64,000 nucleotides of DNA from a virus (lineage: Duplodnaviria > Caudoviricetes), in the IMG/VR virus record IMGVR_UViG_3300020036_001753, positions 1 through 64,000 of that record. One strand, written 5' to 3'. Positions 47,710 to 57,329 of this stretch are shown piece by piece. A model generated the notes under the pieces. That model was not told where the DNA came from. It searched no databases and was given only the letters and a program-made list of their open reading frames with translations. The position numbers and the translations under genes are program-made. The stretch's first letter is position 1. Every line of letters begins with the position of its first letter.

Positions 47710-48489
47710 CTATGAGTTCTTCAACCAGGGAAACGCGCCAGTAGTTCCTCCACTAGGCGTTACAGGATTATTAGGCAATCCGGTTGCAACAGGAGCAGCA
47801 GCAGGTGGCGGGATAAACTTGTCACGAGCCGTAACAGATAGGATACTGTTAATGTTAGGTCTAATTTGCTCAATAAAGTTAGGACTAGAAGGAAACTCTA
47901 ATCTATCTTTATCGTAAACAAGTTTGAATCTAACAGGAACATTCTCATAAATCTTAGCTCCATTTTTAGAAGTATTGAAAGCCATCGCAATTGCTTTCCA
48001 ATAATCTTCAAAATTGAGAAGCGGACTTCCATACAGTTTAGTAAGATTGGCTCCAGATAGCGCCATAGTAGCGGTTCCAGGCGCAAAAGCTTCCCAAATA
48101 TGTCCTATTGCAGTATTCGTTATCCGCAACATAGTATCATACTTGTTATTCTTATTCTTATCTACTTCTGTTTTAGTCTTTTCTGCTATCGAGTAGTAAT
48201 CCGCTATATGCGTATATGTACCTTCAGGATCAGTAAATTCAAATTTCAGTACCAAATTGATACTGTCATCTGTAACCTGTTCCGTTGTAGGTTCTTCACC
48301 GGTATTCAAAACTACTCCGTCAAGCAGTCTGTATTTTCTTTTGATTGACTTTACAGCCGAAACATTAGTAAGAAACCCAACACAAAATGGATCACTACGC
48401 TGTCCAGTTCTGTAAAGTTCATAATAGTCTGTAACGGGAAAAGGTACTGCCGCTACTAACCTATCAGTACTATTTAATCCAAAATCCAT
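47710..48489 (-). CDS. replication-cluster protein, possible ssDNA-binding protein
   Basis: Adjacent to the primase. Flexible P/A/T-rich tail ending AFPWLKNS. Confidence 0.4.
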   Translation of the reverse strand: MDFGLNSTDRLVAAVPFPVTDYYELYRTGQRSDPFCVGFLTNVSAVKSIKRKYRLLDGVVLNTGEEPTTEQVTDDSINLVLKFEFTDPEGTYTHIADYYSIAEKTKTEVDKNKNNKYDTMLRITNTAIGHIWEAFAPGTATMALSGANLTKLYGSPLLNFEDYWKAIAMAFNTSKNGAKIYENVPVRFKLVYDKDRLEFPSSPNFIEQIRPNINSILSVTARDKFIPPPAAAPVATGLPNNPVTPSGGTTGAFPWLKNS

Positions 48490-48515
48490 ATTATTGTTAT
48501 TATTGATGATAAATG

Positions 48516-48553
48516 AAAAAGTAATGGCTACCCCAAATTAATGGGGTAGCCAT
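48516..48553 (-). terminator. intrinsic terminator
   Basis: Perfect 12-bp stem atggctacccca-aattaa-tggggtagccat with a downstream T run on the - strand. Confidence 0.75.
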
Positions 48554-48567
48554 CAGAGACCGGCAAA

Positions 48568-49377
48568 TTAAATATTAAACGCACCATCCTCGTCATCAAG
48601 ACCGGGAAGGGTAAAACCTTTTGCAGCAGGAACTTCAGAGTTTGTAGCGGTTGCAGTGCTATTATCGTCATCATCATCATCATTAGTCGATGTGACAGGA
48701 TCAGTTACATACAAGAAATCTGTGCTGGAATCAGACAGTTCATCAAACGTAGCCAATCTTACATCACTACCGCCAATGGTAGGCTGAATAACAAGGAATT
48801 GAGCACCTACTGGGAAAACTACAGCCAAACTAGTAACAACACTAGGAACGCCATCTACAAGCACAAAGCCGTGAGCTTTTGTAGCTTTATAAGTAACGCG
48901 ACCTTCTTTGTTACCGCCGAGGTGATACCATGCAGCAGAGCTACTGAAAGCAGGACTCTTAGCATCTGACAAAATATTACCAACAACTGCATGATCTTTT
49001 TCATCACCAAGTTGCTCTTGAACCCAAGCAGTACGCTGAGCCTCATAAGCTGCACGTCTGTCACGACGAGTTGCAAGGTCACCGGAAGGCATAGGATTCT
49101 CATTCTGATAACGAGCTTCCAGAGCATCAGTTTTGTTAGTAATACCTTTGTAAATGGCGAATCCATTCATTCCCAAAGTAGAAAGATCTTTCACAACTAC
49201 CCTGTTACCAGGAACGAGGTTGATAAGTTGCATCGCAGCGGGAGTAATACCGATACTGCCAGGATTAATAGAACAATACACTTGAGCGTGTACGGTAGCA
49301 GAAGCACCTTTTTTTCCGGTTACTGTTGCAGCACCTGCTGCTGATAAAAATTCGTCTAAACTGAATACTTTTGACAT
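48568..49377 (-). CDS. replication-cluster protein with acidic C-terminal tail (SSB-like)
   Basis: C-terminus DDDDDD...GLDDEDGAFNI. Higher-GC, preferred-codon style and flanking terminators suggest high expression. Confidence 0.45.
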   Translation of the reverse strand: MSKVFSLDEFLSAAGAATVTGKKGASATVHAQVYCSINPGSIGITPAAMQLINLVPGNRVVVKDLSTLGMNGFAIYKGITNKTDALEARYQNENPMPSGDLATRRDRRAAYEAQRTAWVQEQLGDEKDHAVVGNILSDAKSPAFSSSAAWYHLGGNKEGRVTYKATKAHGFVLVDGVPSVVTSLAVVFPVGAQFLVIQPTIGGSDVRLATFDELSDSSTDFLYVTDPVTSTNDDDDDDNSTATATNSEVPAAKGFTLPGLDDEDGAFNI

Positions 49378-49416
49378 CTTTAAAACGTTTTAAAAAAATT
49401 AATAAAATAAAGTTAA

Positions 49417-50166
49417 CTATTCCAAAATTGTGAAGTCTCCGTCTTCTGTAACGGTTACATTAGCGTTATTGATTTCTGCTTCTTCAAGCAGATGTCTCAT
49501 GCCGCCTGTAATATCTGCGCCAATTTTTCTAGCACCGAATGTATAAGCCTTTGCATGAAAACAATTTTTAGGGTACTTTTTATAAGTATCTTTATTATCT
49601 AATCCTGCTTGTTTAGCATCAGCCCAACAGAACTGTCCTCTTTCAATCATAAGCTTACCGCCAATCCAACGTTCAAAACGTATAGTAGTACGATAATCAT
49701 AAGGTTTAGGCGCTCTGATAACTGTAATCTTACTAGTATCTAACAAATTTTGCTTATGTAGATGCTCTGCTATAGCAGCATTGTCAAATGCTTGGTAAAG
49801 ATCAGGATTTGCAGCAACATCGTCTTGTGTCACATACTGATTCTCATTGATATAGTACAGGTAAAGTGGCTTGTAATCCTCTTCGGTTTCGCTATATATA
49901 CCGCAAGACTGAATCAAGGCTCTAAACATATGACTATCAATAGAAACAACGCCATTAACAACAAAACAATGTGAAAGAGCGGGTATGAAAGATACTTTGG
50001 GATCAATAGCCCAAAGAGCTATCGACATTACTTCCTCGACGGAATTGAATCTGGTAATTGCTTTGTAAAAAGGTTCACAAAATCTTCTCAATTGTTCTAC
50101 ATCATCGTAGGCAATAAATTTTGCTACTTCTGTATTATCAATCTTTGCTAATTTGTTTTCTTCCAT
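49417..50166 (-). CDS. single-strand annealing protein (RecT/Erf-like)
   Basis: FVVNGVVSI, ADAKQAGL..KDTYKKYP..FHAKA..GARK..DITGG motifs. Confidence 0.7.
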   Translation of the reverse strand: MEENKLAKIDNTEVAKFIAYDDVEQLRRFCEPFYKAITRFNSVEEVMSIALWAIDPKVSFIPALSHCFVVNGVVSIDSHMFRALIQSCGIYSETEEDYKPLYLYYINENQYVTQDDVAANPDLYQAFDNAAIAEHLHKQNLLDTSKITVIRAPKPYDYRTTIRFERWIGGKLMIERGQFCWADAKQAGLDNKDTYKKYPKNCFHAKAYTFGARKIGADITGGMRHLLEEAEINNANVTVTEDGDFTILE

Positions 50167-50188
50167 GACATAAAGATACGTTAATTTT

Positions 50189-51319
50189 TTAATTTATTAA
50201 TGAGAATCCGTTATTATTATTTACTTCGAGTTCTCTAATCTTGCCTATACTTAGATCACTTGCCAGCCAGCTTTGTCCGGTTGTTCCAAACCTGGTCTTA
50301 ATCCAAGATAAATGCAGTACCGGCAAATATCGTTCCTCATGGGCTATTATGGTGGGTAACTCTAAAAGACCGTATTTTCCTATTCCCAAATAGGATGGAC
50401 AGTATAATAGAGCCACATAATCCGCACCCTGATAGATCATACCGCCCATGTAAATATCAGATTTAACAGGAAACTGTAGTTCTTTTACAGTCCTTCTCTT
50501 AATATCTTCTATTTCATTATTGAATTGCCCAAGATTGATGGTCATTAACTTATCATCGAGTTCTTCTTTCAAAGCTATTTGCTCTTTAATAAGCTCATTT
50601 TGTAACTCTAGATCATTCTTTTCATCATAGCGACTTACTAATAAAGTATGATCTAAAGTTGCTATTATTTTGTAAGGTTTTGGACCTCCTATTTTCTCAA
50701 TTTGATTAGCTACGTCAATTAGTGTGTTTCGTATCTGCATCCGGTTCATTCTTCCTTTTGTTGTTATAACTCTGTCATTTCGTGTTTTAATATAAGCTTC
50801 TCCTATTTTGGAGAAAATCTTAATTTCTTCGTCTGTTAGTCTGTTGTATATATTTGGTTTACTAATTACATTAGCACTCATAAGATAATCAAAGGAGTAT
50901 CCTCCGATCGTACAGATAGTTCTAATGTATTCATGAGTTCCAGCCATTTCTAAGCTAAAACTTACAATAATCGGTATAAAATTTAGATTAGCATTTAAAG
51001 CAGGTCTGTAAAGAGTATTACCAACTTCTTTAAATTCTCCTTTTGTTGTTAAATGAAGTATTAATTCATCACTAATTCCATCCATACTTATAACCATATC
51101 TTCAGTATCAGTAAAGTCGGTTTTAAGCATATTAAGAATAAACGATTTACCAGCACCAGAAGCTCCAGCTAAGAAATAAATATTCTTAAATCTAAAAGCT
51201 TTAAGAACTGCTCTATTAACAGTATCCCAACGACAAATTAAGCCGCCAGTACTATTTCTAGCTTCCTCTAGTTCCCTAATTGCAGCATTATGGTCGTTTT
51301 CTAAAGTTGTAAAGATCAT
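50189..51319 (-). CDS. DnaB-like replicative helicase (SF4)
   Basis: Walker A AGASGAGKS, FSLEM, TLDHTLL, LGQFNNEIE, QGADYV and KTRFG motifs. Confidence 0.85.
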   Translation of the reverse strand: MIFTTLENDHNAAIRELEEARNSTGGLICRWDTVNRAVLKAFRFKNIYFLAGASGAGKSFILNMLKTDFTDTEDMVISMDGISDELILHLTTKGEFKEVGNTLYRPALNANLNFIPIIVSFSLEMAGTHEYIRTICTIGGYSFDYLMSANVISKPNIYNRLTDEEIKIFSKIGEAYIKTRNDRVITTKGRMNRMQIRNTLIDVANQIEKIGGPKPYKIIATLDHTLLVSRYDEKNDLELQNELIKEQIALKEELDDKLMTINLGQFNNEIEDIKRRTVKELQFPVKSDIYMGGMIYQGADYVALLYCPSYLGIGKYGLLELPTIIAHEERYLPVLHLSWIKTRFGTTGQSWLASDLSIGKIRELEVNNNNGFSLIN

Positions 51320-51900
51320 TTGTTAATCATTTGATTAAAGTTAATAGTAGAAGGATCACTAGTATCTTTAAGTCTCATCTCTCTTATAGATTTATAAAAG
51401 TGACTAGACAAATAGTTAGTAATCTTCATATTAATTAAGTTATGTGCGATACCATACTTTAGATCAGCAAGCATTTCATTATGCTCACTAACGCTATTAG
51501 CTATCATAGTCACATAATCTTTTTTAATCTCCTGCCTATTACCAGATATTAACGGAATGTTAATATTGTTAATTCTAGTAAATGCAGGATAATTACAAAT
51601 GAACTCTTCACCTAAATCCATATTAGAGAAATGATTAGCAAACTTAGGCGTAACAGTATAACCTGCTGCTCCGCCTTTTTGTAACCAACCTCTCTGCACA
51701 AGCGAAGCTTTTTCAGCCTCGGTAATCATAATTCGTTTGCCATCTATATCTTTACCAAAATGCTTAATATAAGCACCTAGTAAATCAAAATGGCTTGTGT
51801 CAATGTACTCGGCTAGGTATAACAAATACAAGAGAAGAAATTCCTCTTGTGTTATACCTAGCTTGATTAGAAACGGAATGTACTGTTTTACGTCTATCAT
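51316..51900 (-). CDS. putative replication initiator / helicase loader
   Basis: Winged-helix-like N-terminus. Lies between the DnaB-like and SF2 helicase genes. Confidence 0.4.
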   Translation of the reverse strand: MIDVKQYIPFLIKLGITQEEFLLLYLLYLAEYIDTSHFDLLGAYIKHFGKDIDGKRIMITEAEKASLVQRGWLQKGGAAGYTVTPKFANHFSNMDLGEEFICNYPAFTRINNINIPLISGNRQEIKKDYVTMIANSVSEHNEMLADLKYGIAHNLINMKITNYLSSHFYKSIREMRLKDTSDPSTINFNQMINK

Positions 51901-53411
51901 AGTCCAAACTCAAATATTGGTTTATATTCATGAGCAACTTGCTCGATTTTACAAAAATAAACGTTAGCTCTATTGGTATCCTTTAAAGATCTTTGAAGAG
52001 CAAACTCTTCTAAAGTATTTCTACAATAAAGATATACAATTAGCGCCTTTTCTTTAGCACCTTTCCGTGTAGTTCTTCCTTTCCGTTGAATTAACTTATT
52101 AGGCGAAGAAGCCGCACCATTAATAATAGCTATTTCAATTTCAGGATCGTCGTGACCTTTGTTAAGAGCTTCCGAAGTGTTTAACCAACTAACTTCATTG
52201 TTAAAGTGATGTACTAACGTTAAAGCTCTTAGTGTAGCAGAACCATGCTTCTTAATAACACCTTTCTTAGTAGTATCGAATTTCTCTCCCTTTAATAATG
52301 ATAGATTGTTATTAGCATCTCGATACAACGGTCTTGAAGGTAGATTAGAATGATAAGATAACGCTATAAGCTTATTAGCTCTTTCATTGACAGTTTGCGT
52401 TATCCTGTCGCTGTAATCCGTGTTGTTACTGAATGTAATAAACTTCTTATCCTTATATTTATCATACAAGTATAAGATTTTATCCATCTTGTCCTCTGCA
52501 TTGTTTAGTAACTTTTTTCTACTTTGAATAGCTTTGTTTAGCTCTTTAGCATAACCAAGAACCTTATTAGGATTCCAGTTATCATCAGCAACTCTAGCCA
52601 TTTCAAGGTACTCATTACTAAACTCTTGAGGATTTCGTAAAGCGTATGGATATTTTGCATTCCATCCGTTATGACAAGCCCACTGAAAACAACATTCATA
52701 AGCTGAAATAACTTCGCCATCTTCAGTTTTAGCACCTCCTAGGCAATCGTAAGCATTCTTAAGATTACCATTAAACTTCTGTAAATAATTATCTACAGTT
52801 GTCGATAGTTCATCGTAAACTGCTCGTTCTTCTAACGTAAGATCAATCGAAACACAAAATATATTGTAAGGCGTTATCCAATTATTTTCCAAAGCCTCAC
52901 TCTCAAGTATCTCGTCTATTACAGGGAACTTTGCTAGAAATTCCTTATCTCTCTTTTGAGTATCTGTTGGATAAGCAGATAACCAAACTAGAAATCTAAA
53001 CTTTATTGCATTGCCATTCCAAAGTTCCTGTCTACGTAAAGAATAAAATTCATCAACTTCGTCTAGTACAAGTAGATCACAAGAATCGTATATGTTATTT
53101 ACGACAAAGTTTTGCGCTGTATCAATTCTAAAATTAGCTGTAGATTCAGGTAAAAAGTCATTAACTCCCTTGATCCAAGCTTCTTTTAGATTTGTTGTAG
53201 TAATTAACACTATAATCCTGATATTAGGATTTTTAACAAGCATAGGCTTACAGATGTAATTGAGTACAGTAAAAGTTTTGCCAAATCCTGTAGGATAGAC
53301 AAGACCTCCACGACCTCCAGCTTTATTCCAAGACATTGCACCTTCTTGCTGTCTTTTAGCTTTTGTTTCGTCTAGTATCATATCGAAGTTTATTTTGAAT
53401 GATAGTATCAC
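51897..53411 (-). CDS. SF2 (SNF2/Res-like) helicase
   Basis: YPTGFGKT, LVLDEVD, LNKGHDDP and QRKGRTTR motifs. Confidence 0.88.
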   Translation of the reverse strand: MILSFKINFDMILDETKAKRQQEGAMSWNKAGGRGGLVYPTGFGKTFTVLNYICKPMLVKNPNIRIIVLITTTNLKEAWIKGVNDFLPESTANFRIDTAQNFVVNNIYDSCDLLVLDEVDEFYSLRRQELWNGNAIKFRFLVWLSAYPTDTQKRDKEFLAKFPVIDEILESEALENNWITPYNIFCVSIDLTLEERAVYDELSTTVDNYLQKFNGNLKNAYDCLGGAKTEDGEVISAYECCFQWACHNGWNAKYPYALRNPQEFSNEYLEMARVADDNWNPNKVLGYAKELNKAIQSRKKLLNNAEDKMDKILYLYDKYKDKKFITFSNNTDYSDRITQTVNERANKLIALSYHSNLPSRPLYRDANNNLSLLKGEKFDTTKKGVIKKHGSATLRALTLVHHFNNEVSWLNTSEALNKGHDDPEIEIAIINGAASSPNKLIQRKGRTTRKGAKEKALIVYLYCRNTLEEFALQRSLKDTNRANVYFCKIEQVAHEYKPIFEFGL

Positions 53412-53619
53412 CTTGATCTTCTGCTATAATAATTATATTAGGTTCTTCTCTAACTAAATCTTGATTCCATCCTTGATCCATACAAATAGATATAATTTCT
53501 TCGCCAGTAAGAGAAGCTACCGCAGTTAAACCTTCTTTTGCATTTTCAGCTGAAATAACAAAAGAACTCGATCTTTCGATTAGTACCTTTTGTCTAATTG
53601 TTATTTTTACTTTTTCCAT
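53356..53619 (-). CDS. hypothetical protein
   Basis: 87-aa ORF overlapping the polA end and the helicase start. Confidence 0.5.
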   Translation of the reverse strand: MEKVKITIRQKVLIERSSSFVISAENAKEGLTAVASLTGEEIISICMDQGWNQDLVREEPNIIIIAEDQGDTIIQNKLRYDTRRNKS

Positions 53620-55829
53620 TTTTTATCAAGAACCGCTTCGGCTCCCATTTTATAATGTTTTAAATAAAGGTTCGCTGTTTCACACATGATATAAGTAACT
53701 AATTCCGCAAAGTTAAATCTACCAAATTGCTTAGTTAGTTCTTTATCGTTAACTTGCACTACTAGCTCGTCGTGCACTTGAAGTATCAACTTAGCGTCTA
53801 TGTTATTTAGCTTGAATGTCTTATATAAACGTACCATAGCTTCTTTAATCATTGAAGCTTGTGTACCTTGAATAAGACAGTTTCTGGCTGTTCCTTCAAC
53901 GTCAGTTTTATCACCATCTTTCAACTTGTATTCTCCTCTCTTATGCATAATGATAGGTGGAAACAGAATTATTTCTTTAGTCCTATCATTAAGAGTAAGA
54001 TAACCTTGCTCTAAAGCTAATTCGGCTTGAGATTCAACAAACCTAAAACTATCAGGAATAGTTTTCTTCATAGTATTTATTACTATGTAGCCTTCATCCT
54101 TATTAATCTTTAACGTCTTAGCGCATTTATTAGGAAACATACCATACAATGCACCAAACGTTATTGGTTTGAAGTCTGTTCGCATATCTTTATTAGTCTT
54201 TTTATCTATTATAAAAGACTCATAATGATTGTAATAATGCGCACCATAAGTATTTGCTTTAATAAGCAAATGCGCTCTAGGATTATCAAGTTGATCTTCA
54301 AATTCGTAATGATTTCTCCATACTCCTGCTACTAATCCTGCTCTATAAAGATAAATATTACGCCAACAAGTTTGAGCAATAGGGCTATGAGCATCATCAT
54401 TAATAACTGCCCATTGATACAGTTGTTCATCGTGTGCTTTATCGCAGATAATAGTAACTTCCGCTCCTGATAAATCTACAGTTAATAAGCTGTAACCTTC
54501 CGGAGCGATAACCATATCTCTATAGCGGCTTTCTCTTGGAATATTTTGACTGTTGATTTTATCTTTCTGATTCTTACCTCCTCCAGATTGAAATCTTCCA
54601 GTCTTAGCATTTTCAGTTCGATATAAAGTATGCAGTTTACCTGTATGCTTGTTAAGTTTTTCAAGTAAAGCTAGACCATAAGTAGATTCAAACTTTTCAA
54701 AACGACGATAAGCTATTAATTTCTTATAAATGTCAATACCTTCAATGTTAGGATTTTCTACAACCATCAGTTCAAGTTCTTTCTTATTGGTTGTAAATTT
54801 GCCATTCTTAGAAATTAACTTATTGTCTTTATCGTACTTAGGAACACTATATTGAGTACCTCTTTCAGTAACCATTGGTAAAGGCAAACCTATATGCGCA
54901 AACAGCTTAGTTATAGCTGTCGAACTATTAAGGTTAACCATTCCACTATTTACTTTCTTAGGTCTTTTCAAATCTTTGTTAGATATAGCTTCGCCAAATA
55001 AACCTAGTTGAGTAGGCATAGATGTAAAAGTTCTATTAACTTTCAATATAGGATTAATAGCATTTAGTTCAGATTTACTTAAATGTACTCTAGCATATTC
55101 TCTAACAGCCACGTCAAAAGCATTTGCTACCTCATGTTTTTGTTGTTTAAGATACTGATCATTAGCTTCAACTTGTTTTAAGTTAATAGTCAAACCTTCA
55201 TTCTCCATATCTCCGACAACTCTAATCAATTCAAATCCTATCTTTTCTAAATAGAACTTAAAGTTGTTTAGAATTGGTTCTTGGGCTTTCATTAACGGTA
55301 ATAAATACCGTATATCATTGAAAAGATAATCAATATGTCTTTTTTGAGGTATAAAGTTATTAGGATCGACTCCTATAAACTCTTTTCTATCATCTTTAGA
55401 TAACGTTACTTTAGGGTAATATCTATGTACAATAGCAGCTAAGTTCATAGGTAAACCAAATTCGCTAGAATCTCCTATTTGCATACCTTGATAAGCTTTT
55501 TGTTCAGCTATCATGATATCATAGAAAGTTCCAAAAGAAAACCCAAGCAAAGCTAATATACTGTAGTCATATTTGAGATTATGCCCGACTATTTTGTTAT
55601 TAGCAAAATCAAAATTATTGGGATTAATAAACTCTCTGTCTATTACTATGTAATCAGTATTACTAGAAAGTCCTAATAACAATATATCAGATCTAGAATC
55701 TAAACCGTTAGCTTCAATATCTAATCCGACTGTTTTATTAGCCGCTAGAAACTTTTGCACAATAGTAATATCTTCTGTACAGGTAGTTCCTTCCCAATTA
55801 TGTTTACGTCTAGTGATATAATGTTGCAT
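53607..55829 (-). CDS. polA: DNA polymerase family A with 3'-5' exonuclease
   Basis: Exonuclease motifs LDIEANG, GHNLKYD, YLFND. Motif A VDLSGAE, motif B RTDFKPITFGALYG (Phe at the 762-equivalent position), motif C QVHDELV. Confidence 0.95.
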   Translation of the reverse strand: MQHYITRRKHNWEGTTCTEDITIVQKFLAANKTVGLDIEANGLDSRSDILLLGLSSNTDYIVIDREFINPNNFDFANNKIVGHNLKYDYSILALLGFSFGTFYDIMIAEQKAYQGMQIGDSSEFGLPMNLAAIVHRYYPKVTLSKDDRKEFIGVDPNNFIPQKRHIDYLFNDIRYLLPLMKAQEPILNNFKFYLEKIGFELIRVVGDMENEGLTINLKQVEANDQYLKQQKHEVANAFDVAVREYARVHLSKSELNAINPILKVNRTFTSMPTQLGLFGEAISNKDLKRPKKVNSGMVNLNSSTAITKLFAHIGLPLPMVTERGTQYSVPKYDKDNKLISKNGKFTTNKKELELMVVENPNIEGIDIYKKLIAYRRFEKFESTYGLALLEKLNKHTGKLHTLYRTENAKTGRFQSGGGKNQKDKINSQNIPRESRYRDMVIAPEGYSLLTVDLSGAEVTIICDKAHDEQLYQWAVINDDAHSPIAQTCWRNIYLYRAGLVAGVWRNHYEFEDQLDNPRAHLLIKANTYGAHYYNHYESFIIDKKTNKDMRTDFKPITFGALYGMFPNKCAKTLKINKDEGYIVINTMKKTIPDSFRFVESQAELALEQGYLTLNDRTKEIILFPPIIMHKRGEYKLKDGDKTDVEGTARNCLIQGTQASMIKEAMVRLYKTFKLNNIDAKLILQVHDELVVQVNDKELTKQFGRFNFAELVTYIMCETANLYLKHYKMGAEAVLDKKWKK

Positions 55830-55840
55830 AGTAAGATATT

Positions 55841-55871
55841 AAAAAGGGATGCCACTTTATAGTGGCATCCC
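55841..55871 (-). terminator. intrinsic terminator
   Basis: Perfect 11-bp stem gggatgccact-ttat-agtggcatccc, followed by TTTTT on the - strand. Confidence 0.8.
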
Positions 55872-55900
55872 CTATATTAAACAAACATGAAATGGAAACA

Positions 55901-56422
55901 TTAGGCGAATATCAACGGATTGTCAATAGTTTCTTGAACGATTTTAGCTTTTGTTTCAAGTCCTTTCAACTCTCCGCGTTTAGCTGCAAGTTTGTCAAGA
56001 ATTTCTTGACGAGTAAAGCCAGGGTCATTACTATTTTCAGCATCATTTTTAAGATTAACTAAGTTAGTAATTGCAGCTTGCAGTACTTTGCGTCTTTCAT
56101 CTAAAGAGGTACGAGTAGCCAAAGCTTCTTTGTAGATATTAGCTTTTTTAGCTTGATACTCTACATAGGCAGATTTACGCATCGCCATAACTTTAACGTT
56201 ACCGTATTCAAGAGACTTCTTTGCAAGCTCAACGGATCTTCTGTTCTTATATTCAACAGGCTGTACTGTACAAGTACGACCATTACGAATAATAAGAATG
56301 AAGTTATCCTGGTCAGTATCAGTTGCAACATCAATTTTGGTATTAGCAACAGAACGTTGTTTAGCTACCTTAGCTTTAGCAACCTTTTCAACTTTTTTAG
56401 CATTTTGTTTTGCTTGGCTCAT
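55901..56422 (-). CDS. basic hypothetical protein with coiled-coil C-terminus
   Basis: K/A-rich N-terminus; ORF ends before a terminator. Confidence 0.7.
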   Translation of the reverse strand: MSQAKQNAKKVEKVAKAKVAKQRSVANTKIDVATDTDQDNFILIIRNGRTCTVQPVEYKNRRSVELAKKSLEYGNVKVMAMRKSAYVEYQAKKANIYKEALATRTSLDERRKVLQAAITNLVNLKNDAENSNDPGFTRQEILDKLAAKRGELKGLETKAKIVQETIDNPLIFA

Positions 56423-56424
56423 TT

Positions 56425-56790
56425 CTAATTTAATTTTAGCAGTGAATAATAGACAAATTTAGGTTTTTCTTCTATCGGAAGATCTTTAGTTTCCGGTGTA
56501 TCAGGTAAAAGCTTTTGCCTAGCATTAATGCCAGCGTAATCTCTGCCTTTACTTGAATGGAATATTGGAGCATTTGTACCTTTGGCAGTCATAAGACCTT
56601 TCTGAATCAGTAGCATACGGTTGTTCATAAGCTGTCTAACATTTTTAATAGCTCGCTTAACCTTAGCTTTAGGTACATAATTCCAGGTTACTAACCCCAT
56701 AGCTTCTTGTGCTAATGGAATAGTATCGTTGGTAGCTTTGAAAAACTGGATGTTACCAGATTCCAGATGTTTAACTCTGATGTAACTCAT
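56425..56790 (-). CDS. hypothetical protein
   Basis: 121-aa ORF with a TTTTAAA leader. Confidence 0.65.
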   Translation of the reverse strand: MSYIRVKHLESGNIQFFKATNDTIPLAQEAMGLVTWNYVPKAKVKRAIKNVRQLMNNRMLLIQKGLMTAKGTNAPIFHSSKGRDYAGINARQKLLPDTPETKDLPIEEKPKFVYYSLLKLN

Positions 56791-56822
56791 GTCTACAATT
56801 TATTTAAAAGATGAATAGATAG

Positions 56823-57014
56823 TTATTGATAACTGCACTTGCAGTTTGGTCCGTAATTCCAATACAAGTCTTTTTCAACTTGATTAGGTGTTTGATCTGT
56901 GTATCTATTAATATAAATGATTTCATCATTGTAATTAATAACACAATGAACAATGCGGTATTCTTTTTGGCATCCGCAAATCAGTAATAAAAGAAACAGT
57001 AATAAAGTTTTCAT
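56823..57014 (-). CDS. small predicted lipoprotein
   Basis: MKTLLLFLLLLICG-C-QKE signal ending in a lipobox-type Cys. Additional Cys residues in the mature part. Confidence 0.7.
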   Translation of the reverse strand: MKTLLLFLLLLICGCQKEYRIVHCVINYNDEIIYINRYTDQTPNQVEKDLYWNYGPNCKCSYQ

Positions 57015-57039
57015 AATAAATAATAAATTTAATGATAAA

Positions 57040-57116
57040 TGGTACTTCTGACAGGACTCGAACCTGTAACCTACGCTTTAGAGGAACGTCGCTCTATCCA
57101 ATTGAGCTACAGAAGT
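57040..57116 (-). tRNA. tRNA-Arg(UCU) with encoded CCA
   Basis: Acceptor ACTTCTG/CAGAAGT+ACCA, D-arm GCTC-AATTGGATA-GAGC (A20 Arg determinant), anticodon arm ACGTT-CCTCTAA-AGCGT, T-arm ACAGG-TTCGAGT-CCTGT. Confidence 0.92.
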
Positions 57117-57185
57117 TTAAAAGTGCCTCCTATTGGAGGGAAGTCGGAGACACTCAAAAATAAATAAAATAAACATGAAAAATAT

Positions 57186-57329
57186 CTACTCTTGTACTTC
57201 TTTATCTTCTCCTAGTAGCCATCCAATACTTAGTACAATTGCTAGCATAAATATATCGGATAGTTGTTGGTGAAACTGATGAAAAAACAGTATCAGTATG
57301 CCCACGATACACGTTACAGCTTTCATCAT
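57186..57329 (-). CDS. 47-aa two-TM membrane protein (absent from the ORF track)
   Basis: MMKAVTCIVGILILFFHQFHQQLSDIFMLAIVLSIGWLLGEDKEVQE*. Start overlaps the upstream stop (ATGA). Confidence 0.6.
   Translation of the reverse strand: MMKAVTCIVGILILFFHQFHQQLSDIFMLAIVLSIGWLLGEDKEVQE

Noticed and set aside
50171-50202. Second host-type promoter (TATCTTTA) upstream of the SSAP gene
   Set aside because: No -33 TTTG at the expected spacing, and only a few nt before the ATG. Too weak to call.
21653-55829. Group I introns, inteins or homing endonucleases in vRNAP, polA, primase or helicases
   Set aside because: Catalytic motifs are contiguous in single ORFs. No HNH, LAGLIDADG or Hint signatures were recognised.
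57072-57089. Reading the tRNA as an amber suppressor (CT-CTA-AA loop)
   Set aside because: That register breaks the anticodon stem with two mismatches. A20 and the D-arm fit Arg, and the genome uses TAG as a stop.
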